In this document: positions 26,688 through 39,919 of the stretch, piece by piece | Numbering within the stretch: the stretch's first letter is position 1 | Layout: every line of letters begins with the position of its first letter | DNA from: Eledone cirrhosa | Lineage: Eukaryota | DNA: 64,000 nt | Direction of reading: 5' to 3' | NCBI GenBank assembly: GCA_964016885.1 | Contig: OZ024742.1 | Coordinates: 69,068,001-69,132,000 of the forward strand | Position numbers and translations under genes: made by a program | Notes under the pieces: generated by a model | The model's input: the letters and a program-made list of their open reading frames with translations, nothing else | What the model was told of the DNA's origin: nothing | Databases searched by the model: none

Positions 26688-27283
26688 GGGCGAGTAAAAT
26701 TCCCGAGATCCATGGACGAGTTCTCTCCAGCGGTCTCTGTCCCTCATTATCGCTGCCATGTCCTGCATCTCCAACAGACCAGTGTCTGTCCTTAGGGCAT
26801 CAACATACGTTAACCTTGGTCTTCCTCTTCCAGTGTGTCCATGTAGGGGCTCCCACAGGAGCACTGAGTGCAATGTCAAATCTGGATATTGGTGAGCATG
26901 TCCAGCTAACCTCAGTCTCCTCTGTGTCACTTCAGTCTCCTCTGTGTCACATTTGAGCTGACTTTTAGGAGGCTCCCATACAACTCTGAGTTTTTCATCC
27001 TCAGTGTATACTGATTAATGTTCAGAGCCATCCTCAGCATTCTTGTGTAGCACCCATCCACCATCTGAGTGAGTTTCTTGGTCAGTGTCCAAGTCTCAGA
27101 CCTGTACAGCAGCACATACTCCACTACAGCAATGAAGAGGCGCATTTTCAGGTCTTTACGAAGATCCGACTTCCACACCGATCTCAAGCTGTGGCACGCC
27201 GTCCAGGCCTTGCTCTTCCTCTCAACCACATCATCTTCCGTATTCCCAATCTTTGCTCCCAAATACAGGAAGTCCTCAACCAA
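26688..27283 (-). mobile_element. RTE-clade LINE 3' fragment inserted in (TA)n
   Basis: [28 protein letters not shown] and QRRLRLAGHA..GRGRPRLTYVD..DRDRWR. A short tandem duplication near 26911..26950 shifts the frame. Confidence 0.85.
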
Positions 27284-27498
27284 TTCTAGTATTTATATGT
27301 ATATGTATATATATGTATATATATATGCTTATATATACATATATATATATACATATACGTATATATATAGATATACATATATATACATATATATATATAT
27401 ATAGATATACATATATATATATATACATATACATACATATATATACATATACATAAACATATACATATATATATATATATATACATATACATATGTAT

Positions 27499-27529
<31 letters not shown>

Positions 27530-28127
27530 CATATATATATATAGAGAGAGATATATATATTTCTTTATTTACCATAAAGGCATAAAAAGAAGGGACAAAT
27601 ACAAAGGGGGAGTTTACATAAAATCGAGTAAAAAGGGTATAAAATGAAAATAATCGAAAACAACCTCAAAAGGGAGGGGACGTGAGGGGGGTTGCACACA
27701 CCCCCGAAAAAGTATGCAATCCTTTGCCCGGGGAGCACATGGATAAGGTGCTCCCCTCTCCTTCACTTCTTTACCTACAGGATGGTATACAGAGAAGGCC
27801 CATTTACACGAGCCATTCTCGCCACTATCACCCACCATTCATAAAAATGCTTGTGGCCAAGCACCTCTCTCTCCATTCTTATCCTTCTTCTGAAGTGATA
27901 TCGGAAGAAGTAGACCAGACTATGGCCAGAGAGGAAGTTGCCTGACCTCAGACCTTTCAATCGTGTCCACCAAACAACCTCTTTCAACGTGGCTATTACG
28001 CACAGAAAAACCGCCTTTGCTTCCTTTGTGAAGAGGGGAGGCGGCTTGATTGTCATCACGGACTCGGCGATCAATCAAATCGGCGCCACCCGCGACAGCA
28101 GTCGTTCGGCGTAGCCCCACAGATCAG

Positions 28128-30122
28128 CTACGCCCGGACATTGCACCAATGCGTGCGCAACGGTTTCTTCGTGACGCACGCATCTAGGGCAAATCTTTTT
28201 CGAGGGATCCCTGCCCGGGCGCCCGTGTCTGTAGAACCTCTCTCGAACGGGTAGAGCCCCCCCCCCCGGTAGCACTGCCAGGCTAGTGACTTCTGGAAGT
28301 TGTCCATTGGTCCCGGGCCGAAAGTCCTACCGAACAGGCTGGCCAGTTCGTCCTCTTCCATGTCCAGCGTCTCTCCAAGGGTGTCATCGCCCCTGCTAGC
28401 CACCAGCCCTCTATAGAATGATGAGGTGGATTCTCCACCGATGGCCTGGCCCGCTTGCCAGAGAGCCCTGAGCGCCTGGGCACACTCAGTGTGCCAGTCT
28501 CCTAATTTTCCGGATCTTTGCTTGACCCAGGACTGCAGCTCGGTGAGCGAGACAAGTCTCGGAAAGGCTCGTTTCACGAACGGAGCCCACACCGGTTGAC
28601 CAGTGAGGAATACCTGTAGGTGCCGTAGCCTTAATGCGTGCCTACGCATCATCAACCATGGCATCCCCAGCCCTCCTTTCGAAGGTTGTTGGCAGCAGAT
28701 GGATCTTCTCACCATAGGAGGGCGCTTCTTCCAAAGAAATTGGAAGAGCATGCGTTCCATGATGGTGAGTGTTTCCTTAGGGCAAGGCACGACAGTCAGG
28801 CGGTAGTAAGTGACGGACGCTATGTAAATGTTCGCCACCTCCGCCCGACCTTTTAGGGACAGCTTACACTTGGCCCATTTCTGGGTTAGTGCAAACACCT
28901 TGTTCGTAACCTCGTCCCAGTTCTTTTCCACCTGGAGGTCCGGTCCAAACCAGACCCCAAGCAACTTCACCGGGCCCTCCGTCCAGTGTCCGACGACACC
29001 GTCGGGAGGCATCGGTCTGCCTCTCCACGTTCCGAGTTGCAGCCCGATGGATTTTTCCCGGTTCAGTTTCGCTCCTGACAACCTTTCGTAATCCTCCAGT
29101 AAGGTACCGATCGCCTCGATCTCCGAGTCGGTCGATACCATTACTGTTACGTCATCGGCGTAGGCCGACACCGCTTTGCTCAATCCTGGTTCCAGGGGGA
29201 TACCCTGCAACAACTCCAACTTCCTCAGTAAAGGCTCGAGAGTCAATACGTACAGAAGGGAGGAGAGAGGGCACCCCTGTCGAATGGATCGTGTGATTTC
29301 TAACGGCTTCGAAAGGTAGCCGTTCACCTTGATCCTAGAACAGATGTGGTTGCTATGTAAGGCAGTGATCCAGCCTCTGAAAACAGGACCGAACCCAGCC
29401 GCCGTTAGCACCGCATCCAGGTAACCATGGTCGACCCTATCGAAGGCCTTAGACTGATCCAAGTTGATCAGGGCCCCACCGAAGCCGGGTTTGTTGCCAA
29501 CCCTCTCTATGATGTATCGGATGAGGTGGAGGTTATCGTGAATGGACCTGGATGGGATAGCACATGTCTGAGCATCTCCCACCAGGCCACCCACGACAAG
29601 CGCCAACCTCTTTGCTAATACCTTGGCCAAAATCTTTAACTCTGTGTTTAGCAGGGTTATGGGCCGAAAATTATTTATACTATCCCCCTTGTTCTCGTCC
29701 TTCCTCACCAGCGAGACTACGCCCTTGGCTACAGAACAAGGAATTCTCCCGTTCTGCTGCCAATTGCAGTAGACCGCTTCGAGGAGTTCGGAGAAGAAGA
29801 CCGGCATTGCTAAATAAAGTTCGTAAGGTATACCATCGAGACCTGGAGATTTGCGTCTGCTGCATTGGCTCAGCGCATCCCCGATCTCATCAGCCGAGAT
29901 TGGTCCCTCGCAGGACTCTGCCTCTTCGCTCGAGAGACGCGGCAGGCCGTCGAGGTATGGACCGAAATCCACGTCCCCGACCGGACCCTCGCCTCCCCCG
30001 AATAATCGGGCAAAGCGCCTTTGCAAGGCCTCGCACATCTGCTTAGGCTCCCGGATCACCCGTCCATCCTCGTCTTGCAAAGACCGGATGGTGGATCGAT
30101 TTCCACTCTTAGCTTCTGTCAC
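28128..30122 (-). pseudogene. Tx1 ORF2 reverse transcriptase segment (frame disrupted on both sides)
   Basis: KSPGLDG, NFRPITLLN, NLDQSKAFDRV, RQGCPLS and AYADDV. Confidence 0.9.
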
Positions 30123-30176
30123 GCGGGCCCAGCCAACGGCTTTGGCCCCCTCATTACCTAGAGCACGTATTTTACT

Positions 30177-31217
30177 TCAAATGACGCAGCCTTCGTGCTT
30201 TGCATCGAAAAACTGGTTCAAGGCCGTCCTCGATGCCAGCACTCTGGCCACATCTTCGCTCTTGATTGCCTCTTCTAATTTACCTGTTAATTCTTTCTCG
30301 TTTCTATTCCTATCGGCAGCTAACATCTTGCTATAACTTATTGATTCTTTTCTAATCTCTCTTTTGAGAGATGCCCACCATCGGTTGTTGACGATTGCAC
30401 CCGTCAACCTCTCCTTAACTAATCTGCTAATCCGGTTTCTGTACGTCTCTTTTGCCGGTAAAGACAAATTAAGTTTCCAGTAACCAGGACCTTGTTTATG
30501 TGTTTTCTCGAGATTGACTACGCAGGTCACTAATTTGTGATCCGTATAGCCAACCGTGAGCATTTCTGGACAGCTTAATATGTCCCTATCCTTACTTCTA
30601 ACTAAGAATATATCTAAGTACGATCTAGATTGACCACTATGGTTCGTCCAAGTCCAGGTTGGCACAGTTGGAAAATCCAGTCGATATCTATCGACCAAGT
30701 TAAAACGGTCGAGTAACCCCTTGAGGCTGTTACACCCCCCTCTATTAGGACATGCTCCTGCATAGTCCCAACGTGCATCTAGGATGTCATTCCAATCCCC
30801 CGCTAGAAGCAGGGAACGCGACGTTCCCAGAAAAGTCTCCAAACGCTGGAAGAAGTCGGGCCGTTCAGCTCCGAAAGGGGAGTAGATGGCGACCAGTCTC
30901 AAGGCCGCACCTTCACTACAGCCAACGTCTAGCACCAACAAACGACCCTCTGGGTCCGAGTGAACAACTTGTACGGCGAGACCCAGGTGTTTTTCCAGCA
31001 GTACGACAACCCCACCCCCAACTCCAGGTTGACAAAGAGATGCATGCACCTCAAAGTCATCGAAGGTAGGGGCCAGCTGCCGCACGACGCTGATCCGAGT
31101 CTCACAGATAACCATTACATTTATACCACGTGACCTGAGGTCATTTAGAAGCTTTGCTTGCTTCCAAGTTGAGCCCAGGCCACGTGCATTCAAACATCCT
31201 ACTCTTAACACATCCAT
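30177..31217 (-). pseudogene. Tx1 ORF2 AP-endonuclease segment
   Basis: CLNARGL, ICET, AGDWN, SYLDIF, TDH and GYWKLN. Confidence 0.9.
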
Positions 31218-33399
31218 GTGGGCGGCAAAGCCAAAGGAGAGTGTAGAGACCTACCTTTCCGCTTCCCGGGGTTCGGGTCGCACGACTTCCATGGGGTCGG
31301 GGGTGTTGGGTGAAGGGGTGTCTTGTGGTGGTGTAGGGTCGTCAGTGTGTGGTGGGGTTGGGGAGTTTGGAGTTGTGTTGGGGAGGGGAAGGGGAGGGGG
31401 AAAGCTTTTTAGTAGGACGCGGTTTATGGGTTTGACAGAGGGTGGTCCTACGTCCTCCTTAAAATCCTTTTTTAGTTTTTGGTAGAGGTTCATTGGGATC
31501 TTTATTAATTTTAAATGTGGGTAGTTTTCTGAAGAAACAAAGTTTACACCTTCGGTTTGTACCGAAGGATTATTGTTTATGAGTTCATTTAATTTATTAT
31601 TGTTTCTGTTGATGTAAGTATAGTGTAATGTCTTTTTTTCGGATGGTGTGAGTGTTTCGAAGAGGGGAGGGGCAGGTTTGGTTTTGTTTGTTGCTGGAGG
31701 GGTGTTTTGTGTTTTGTTGGATTGTGTTGACATTTGGGTAGGGGTTGTTTGGCCTTGTGTGTTTTGCACATGTTTTCTTTTTTTCCTTTTAATCTGTCTG
31801 AAGGACTCCGTTTCTTCCTCCGAATTCGTTGGGTTATCATCAGTGTTGAAGGGAAGAGGTATGTTTGCTGGTAATGTTTCCGTGTTGGTTTTCTTTGTGG
31901 GGGAGATGGATGTCACTATGTTAGACTGTGTTGTGTGTTGTGGCTGCGGTGGTTGTGTTGTTTTATTGAGTGAGGGTTGGGTGGGACTGTGTTTTGTTTT
32001 TGGGTAATGTGTTGTGACTGTTTGTGTTGTGGTGGTGGTGTAGTTTTACTGAGGGACAGGTTGGGTGGGACTGAGTTTTGTTATTTGTTTATCTGTTGTG
32101 GTGGTGGTGGAGCTGTTGTTGGTAGCAGGGTTTTCTTTTTGTTGAGTTGGGGACAAGCCGCCTTCAGGTGCCCTCTGCCTGCACAGATATGACAGGACGG
32201 CCTTCTCCCCTCCACGCTAATGTTTATATACCCGTGGCCCTCTAATAGGATTCTGTCGGGTATTTGGGCGATGCGTTCAGGCTTCATTTGCACTACAAGT
32301 TATATACCTGTTCCACTGAACGCATTGCCTGTGGTTTTCTCAATGGAAATCACGTTGTCATTCGCTGGATCGATAAAGCCAGCTATGAGCCAGCAGTAGT
32401 CCACATCTGGCATCATTGCATCCAGCCATATGCGCTGAGTTCTTTTACCCATATAAGATGGATAAAAGGTAAAGTTTGTCGAACGAATCGGTGACAAAGC
32501 ACATTTTTTGCCGCCGATTCGTTCTTCATAATAATCGCTAGGCTTCCATACAGTCTGTCTCTTCTCATGAAAGTGGTTTCATTAAGTACTTCTGTAAGTA
32601 CTGCTTTGATTTCTGTTTGTGTTGGCTGTTGAGGTTTTTTAGAAATGTTGTTGATGGTGCGGAAAACGACCGTCCGACTTTCAATGTCTTTGGTGAGTTC
32701 TTGAGGCATTTTTACCGATAAAATACCATTTTCCCCTTCAGTTATGTATTATTTGGCGTCTGTAATTCTTTGTGCCACATCTGAAATATTTTCTGGTATA
32801 TATGTCAAAGTTTCTTTGTTGTTTGTGCAAATGAAATATTATTGGTGTTGACTTTGTCGTCTGCTTTGCTTTCTGTTATGATGTTGTTTTCAAATGTTAT
32901 TTTTGTGTTTGTCGTGTCTTTGTTTGTGGTATTAATATTGTCATGCAATTTTTCAAATTTTTTTTTTCGTTGTTGGAATCAATGTCCAGATTTGTGTTTT
33001 CGTCATTTTTCTCCGCAGATTCGTCTGTTTTTATTTTATTTTTTCTTTCCTTCTCTATGACGTTAGTTGGGAAGGAAGGGGGGACTAAAGCGTGCGAGCT
33101 TACAACTCTTACCGCTGACCCCCACCACTATTTTCGTTAGCTTCGTTTAACATTTCTGTCAGACGATTGACGTTTTTTATGCCACAAAATGTTTAAAAAC
33201 AGGTTTTTCACCCCTGGGAGGAGCAAAGATGAGCTGACCCACCGCCTGACAGTTCAGACGGAGGGTCAAGCTACACAATAGTATCAAAATTAAAATTGAA
33301 CTTACAAGATTTCCGCAATAAATTTGAACAAAACTTCTGCGCGAAGTGAATTACATCTACGCTGTAGAACAGACGACAGCTAGATCTATATATATATAT

Positions 33400-36300
33400 A
33401 TAGATATATAGATAGATAAATATACACGGGTGTGTATGATTGTGTATAGAAGATTATATTAATAAAAGGAATTCCAACTTTGTCTGATTTACTTGTTTTA
33501 TTTACAATCCATTAAAATTTATAATGGTATTATAATGAAATAGAATGATAGAATATTAAATGTTAAGTGTTAATTGAACAAGTACTTTCATGCTTTCGCA
33601 ATCTTCAGGTTCATAATGTGTGGTGACAGTCAAGTTTGCAATTTTCAACTGTAATGGATGGGTAAATTTTGTACCTTATATACAGTGAAAAGTGGCTCCA
33701 GAATGCTAAATCTTGCAAACTGTATTTCGACCAATCGGTGTGTAGTTTCACTGAATTACTAAAGCTGATTGGTTTAGGCGTCACGGTTGGTTGAGCATGT
33801 CTAACGACCACTAATTGATCCTATTCAAAGCATCAATTGTTTTGCTATTTTTAGAAATGATGAAAATAGCATTTTCTAGTAATCATCACTATCAACATCA
33901 CTTTTATTATTATTATTATTGTTGTTGTTGTTGTTGTTAGTGGTCGTAGTCGACATGGTCGTAGTCATAGTTATTATTATTATTATTGTTCATTTAGCTT
34001 GGGTTTGAATTTATCAATAAAATTCTTTTCTTTGATTTTTCTCTTGATTTCACTTGGGCTGGGTAATTTGTAGAATGGGAATATTATAAATATTCCCTGA
34101 CCACATGTTGCTAGATGGTTACTTAGGGGTATCTGACGGACATTTGGGTCTCTGATTTGCTGTCGGTGTACCCGTGCACGTTCCGATAGTGCATTTCCAG
34201 TTTGACCGACAAATAGTTCTTCACAATTCGGGCATTTAATGCAGTAAATTAGATTTCTGCTTTTGCAGTTCATATTTGTATTTGGGAATATTTTTCCAGT
34301 TTTTGTTTTCATATATTGACCGGCGTGTATGGATTGACATGTGCCGCATCGACTATCATTGCATTTAGATACAGTGAATGATTGGTCTTTGTTGTTAAGG
34401 TCAAACTTTGCTTTTGTTAGTAATTGCTTCAAATTTTTCGGCTGTCTTTTACTAAGAGTCAAAATCGGTCTGTGATTAAGCCTTTTAATTCATTACTTTG
34501 AGCAATGATCGGTAGGTTTGCTTTGGCAGTGTTGAAGATATTCTGGTGACATGGGTTGTGTGTCATTATAAATAGTATGACCAGTTCTTGGTTTCTTCTT
34601 CCTTAGGTTGTCCTAAGTTGTTGTATAGGTATTTTTGTTTGAGAAAATGTTGGTGTAGAGGCTTACCACATCAAAACTAAGTAGAAGTGAATTCGTTTCC
34701 GTGGTTTTGGGAAGATGGGACAGGAAGTCGATATCATCCCGGATGAAACTGGGTATGTGAATACATAGTGGTTTCAAAATAATGTCAACAAAATTGCTTA
34801 GACGGTGGGTGGGGCATTTTGGACCAGCTATAATAGGTCTAAGTTTTAAGTCTTTTGGGTGTAGTAATTTAATGTACTCACTGTTTTGTTCTCTTACTGC
34901 CAGTTGTATTTCTTTTGACTTATGAACTTTCGGTATGCCATACAGGTTGCTGGGTTTTGGCTCAAAATTGGTGATGTAGTCTCTTTCCTTATCAGTAAGT
35001 GAGTTGTGGTATTTTGAAGCCTGGTTGTTGATCTTCTTCATGATGTTGTGGTCTATATTTGACGGTATTTCATGATAGAATGTTGTGTCTTTCAGTTGTT
35101 CCTCAACTAAATCCTTGTAGTATTCAGCATCCATTATAACAACTGCACCCCCTTTATCTGCTTGTTTAATTATTATTGTTTTATCATTTTGTATACGTTT
35201 AAGTGCAGACATTTCTGATTTGTTAATGTTTGGCCTAACATTAGTATTATGTCTAAGAGGAAATTTAGACAGGATGTCAATGTATTGGTCGCGATAGATA
35301 TTTCTTCCTTTTGGCGGAGTGAAATTTGATTTATTCTTTACTAGTGATTCATCACTTTTATCAGCGAAGAATTCTACAAGACGTAATTTTCGACAGAATT
35401 CTTGGGTATCCTCCTTCAGTTCTTGGTGGTTGACTGTTGGAGTCGGTGTGAATTTCAGTCCTTTTGACAGAATTTGCATTTCATCATTGTCAAGATCTCT
35501 TTTGGATAAATTAATTATTTTAGGATCTACGTGTACAGTTGTTTTGGGTATGTTTCCTCCTGGGGTTTTTCTTTTTCTGGTTTTTGTTGTCCTGACGTTA
35601 AAACATGGATTTTTCTCTGTTCAGGATTTATATTCCTGTTGGTGTTCGCTTGATGAACTTTTGGTCGTGATATTATATTTGCTTTCGTTATGTATTTTGT
35701 CCTATTTTTGGTATTATGTATATTATTTTTCCATTTCTTGTTAGCATTATTTTTAACAATCTGGGGAAATGACCTAGGTTTGCTTTCAGGTTTAGATCGT
35801 TTTTTCGCCCAGTTTCTTGTGGGTAATCTCTGTTGAGATCTTGAGAGTGATCTGGTTATTCTACGTTTTGTTTCCCCATTCCTTGTGGGTAGTCTCTGTT
35901 GAGATCTTGAGAATGATCTCCTGGTTTTACTACTTCTCATGGTCTGGTCAAAGGAATATCTATCGTGTTTGTGCTTTTTGTTCATGTTGTGTGCGATAGG
36001 GTGTTTTTGTAGAAAAAGCGAAGAGTTATTACCGTAGTTCATCTTTGATTCAAGGTAAGGTGAGTGTTTGTGTTGGCATGTGTTCTAGCGTATGTTGTGT
36101 TGGTGAGATTGTCCACTTTTAATGCTTTTTCTCAGGGTTCCAGAGTCTTTACCGTAATTTGCAGCATATTCGTCGAGAAATAATTGTTTCTGCTGCCATA
36201 CCTTTCTTGATTTGTTTTCTTCTTTTGAGATATCTCTGATCCATAGTTCTCGTAGTTTTTCAGCTATAATACCAGTCGTTAGCTTTGAAATTTCAACTTC

Positions 36301-37191
36301 AATTAGGTCATCGATAGCTTCATATTTGGCTTTGTAGCGGGATTGTTTACATTGAGAAATGGAGATGTCAGTCCTGAATTTTGTCAATGTAAGTTCCCAT
36401 CGGAGTTTTGTTTCTTCTTCTAGTTCTCCTGCAATTTCTGTAATTAGGTATTTACGAGGGAGTATGGGTGCCGTTAGAGAGAGCCATTTCGAATGTGTTT
36501 CGACATATTTTTCGCATTTGTATGCTTTCCAGAAGTTTTGTTTTCTTATGTTAAGAAATTTTTTCCATGTCTTCCACATTTCTTTTCTTATTCGATGTGT
36601 TTTGTTTTCCAAGGGGGTTGTGGTAGGCTTTCTCTTGTATCTTTGATAACTGTTGGTATAATTTCAGCTAAATTCTTAATTTCAGAGTTTATATGTTCAG
36701 TTATAAGTTTTCCGTCTGAAGATTGTTTTTCTATTTCCTTTAAAATAGAGGATTGTGTGTCAATCATCGTGATAAGTGTTGATAATTTCGATGATATCTC
36801 CTTTAGAATTCTTTCTGATTCTGTTGATTTCATTTGTTGCTTTCCAGACATGTTGGCATATACACAATAGGAATATATATAGATATATAGGTAGATAAAT
36901 ATACACAGGTGTGTATGATTGTGTATAGAAGATTATATTAATAAAAGGAATTCCAACCTTGTCTGATTTACTCGTTTTATTTACAATCCTTTAAAATTTA
37001 TAATGGTATTATAATGAAATAGTATGATAGAATATTAAATGTTAAGTGTTAATTGACACTTAACATTTAAGTGTCAATTAACACTTAACATTTAATATTC
37101 TATCATACTATTTTATTATAATACCATTATAAATTTTAAAGGATTGTAAATAAAACGAGTAAATCAGACAAAGTTGGAATTCCTTTTATTA

Positions 37192-37195
<4 letters not shown>
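33400..37195 (-). mobile_element. Neptune-type Penelope-like element with direct terminal repeats (33400..33577 and 36875..37056) and a 5' inverted partial repeat (37057..37195); RT internally deleted
   Basis: ORF 34613..35479 has LSKGLKFTP, KQADKGGAVV, YGIPKVHK, LRPII and FDVVSLYTNI. ORF 33983..34462 has the CNDSRCGTC linker and LIYCIKC..VGQT..R..H. N-terminal fragments lie at 35527..36851. Confidence 0.9.
33575..33613 (-). ncRNA. Minimal hammerhead ribozyme in the Penelope terminal repeat
   Basis: TGAAC-CTGAAGA-TTGCGAAAGCAT-GAAAGTACTT^GTTCA. AAGTACTT in place of stem III is palindromic. Confidence 0.75.
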
Positions 37196-37228
<33 letters not shown>

Positions 37229-37285
37229 TATATATATACATATACATATATATATACCTTTGATATATATATATATATATACCTT

Positions 37286-37365
<80 letters not shown>

Positions 37366-37442
37366 AAGGTATATGCTGAGTTAGGAACTCAAAATAGTCT
37401 CTTACAATAAAATAGGTCTAAGAAAGAGATATTTCCGAGCCG

Positions 37443-37962
37443 TATATTATAATTGAATATAAAAGAAAAACGAACACAGATATATACATATATGTGTTCA
37501 AATCGCAAGGGACCAGATTAGCTAAGGTGAAAAGAATACTAACTATAGACAATTGGGTTTGCCTGTCTCGATTTAAGAAAAAAATGAAGAAAATAAATAC
37601 AAACCGGAATTGTGATAACTACCAATCACCCAGACAGCTCTTGGTGCTGTTTCGCAATATTAATTGTGAATAGAAATACCAATTCTTGCTCATCGGTGGG
37701 TGATTAATTAGTATCCTAGACACTCTAAGTATATTAAGAAACTGAATAGTGTGCTATATATAATAACGCATATGGTATCTTAGCGTGTCTCTCAAACTTA
37801 CACCATTAAAAATAGCATTTCTTGATTTTTTCTTAAGTTGAGACAGGCAAACCCTATTGTCTATAGTTAGTATTCTTTTCACCTTAGCGAATCTGGTCCC
37901 TTGCGATTTGAACACATATATGTATATATCTGTCTTCGTTTTTCTTTTATATTCAATTATAA
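37443..37962. mobile_element. Short Penelope-derived unit with inverted ends of about 140 bp (37443..37583 and 37825..37962) enclosing a hammerhead
   Basis: The arms are reverse complements with few mismatches. The interior is related to 790..1150. Confidence 0.75.
37624..37705 (-). ncRNA. Type I hammerhead ribozyme with a CCGAUGA (U4C) core
   Basis: AATCACCCA-CCGATGA-GCAA...TTGC-GAAACAGC-ACCAAGA-GCTGTC^TGGGTGATT. Stem I is 9 bp and perfect. Confidence 0.75.
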
Positions 37963-39919
37963 TAGAATAGAATATATATATATATATCCAGGGGGTGTAA
38001 CTAGGAGTTACTGCAGGTTCACCCGGGTGAGCACTTGATGTTTAGGTTCACTTCTGTGATGATGTGTAGAGCTATACAGATTGTAATATATAGAAAGGAT
38101 AAAAAGGACGATTGATTATTCCTTCATTGCATTTATTGATAGGTGACGCGCGTTTCGCCACTGATCAGCTCAAGGTTCGATCTATATCGATCCTACCCGA
38201 CTCAATAATCCGCAGCTCGACGGACCTTCTTAAAATGCTATAAGAAAATGAAATACATGCTATGTGATAAAGTCAGAGATTCAAGAGTTTGACAAAATGA
38301 GTTGTTTTGATTGGTGGGAAGGGTCAAGGCGATGTACTGGCCTGTAGTGTATATGGGGCTGGGTGTGATGGTGAGATGTTGGTGACGATGGGTGGATGAG
38401 ATGGGCTGTGGTGTGGTGGACAGATTTCGTGGTCAGTAAAAAGACGCGTGGTATATATCCCCAGTGACAGAAACCACTGCAGATTATGCCTAGCTGAGGA
38501 GGCGGAAATAATTAAACTAAATTCCGCCATAAACTATAGGTCGGACATAATTGTCAATTGCAGACACACTAGGATGAACACCTTTTCTGCACAAACTTTC
38601 GCGGGAGGGCCACGCACTAACCATGGCCCACCATAATAATAACCACACCTGCCCCGTATCACCATCGCCCATCTCAACGAATTTTAATTCTAATCTTACT
38701 TTACTTTATCTAATTTTATTGTATTGCATTTAACCATATGTAAGCCCGTATTTTGTATATCATGCCGCATACATAACCCACACCAAAAATCACGCTAACC
38801 ATGACACACCATATTAATAACCACATATACCCCGTCTCAACATCGCCCACCTCGATGAACTTATTGTATTGTACTCCATGTAACCATTTCTAAGCCCGCA
38901 TTTGTATATCATGCCGCACACATCACCATCACCACCACCAAAATTCACATCAACATACACACCTCATAGTTGCAACATCGTATTAGATCGGTCCCCTATG
39001 ATACGTTCTACCTTTCAATCCACAATGACAAGGGACCTTGTAAATACAATGTCGATCATATCACACCATCGCCACCACCACCACACCACATATCGTCATA
39101 TGTCTACCATACACACCTACAACCTCATCCCCCCATGTACCCTCTATCTACCCTAAACTACAACCCCACGCTAAATTCGACCCTGTAATTGTACTGTCGT
39201 ACGCACACACAACCACCGCCACAACTAGATACATCCAAATACCTCAACAATCATTATCATTAACATCATCAACACATATCACCCCCCGCTCCCAGATCGA
39301 CTGTATTATATTACCCCCCACCTCCCCGTTTGCCTTACCCTATAACACACCGTAACCTCTGATCATGTAATCATCTTGTCGAACATATCACCCCAGCACC
39401 ACCACCATCACCATGTCCACAACACACATCGCCGTACGTCCATAAACACCTTCTAACCGGTATTCGATCCTGTATATATATTTTTGTCCCTCACAACTCC
39501 ACCACCACCACCACAAAACACAACTCCATACTTCACCGACAACACATACCTCCACACCCCAACCAACAATATCGTGTGTGTCGGTGTGTAAGTATTCTTA
39601 CACATACGGACGTATGAGTGTGCGTGCGTGTACGCCTAGTTATACGTGTGTGTGTGTATGTGAACACAGGTGTATACATGTGTGTATGTGTGGGTACATA
39701 TCTGTATATATATATGTGTATATGTATGCGTATGTGTATGTGTGTGTGTCTATATGTATGTGTATGTATGTGCGTATATGTGCACGTCTACATATATGTA
39801 TATAGGTGAATCTGACTATATGTGTAGGTGAGCTCATGTATGTGCATATGTGCGTGTATATCTGTGTGGTGTCTGTACATGTGTGTGTGTATATGTATGT
39901 ATATATATATATATGTATA

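Larger units (their letters stand above)
27558..33386 (-). mobile_element. Tx1/L1-clade retrotransposon, family B, near full length (about 5.8 kb), flanked by (TA)n on both sides
   Basis: ORF1 pieces 31251..32709 include the knuckle CHICAGRGHLKAAC. APE lies at 30177..31217 and RT at 28128..30122, with C-terminal CPRC..H..C. AATAAA occurs at the 3' end. Confidence 0.92.
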
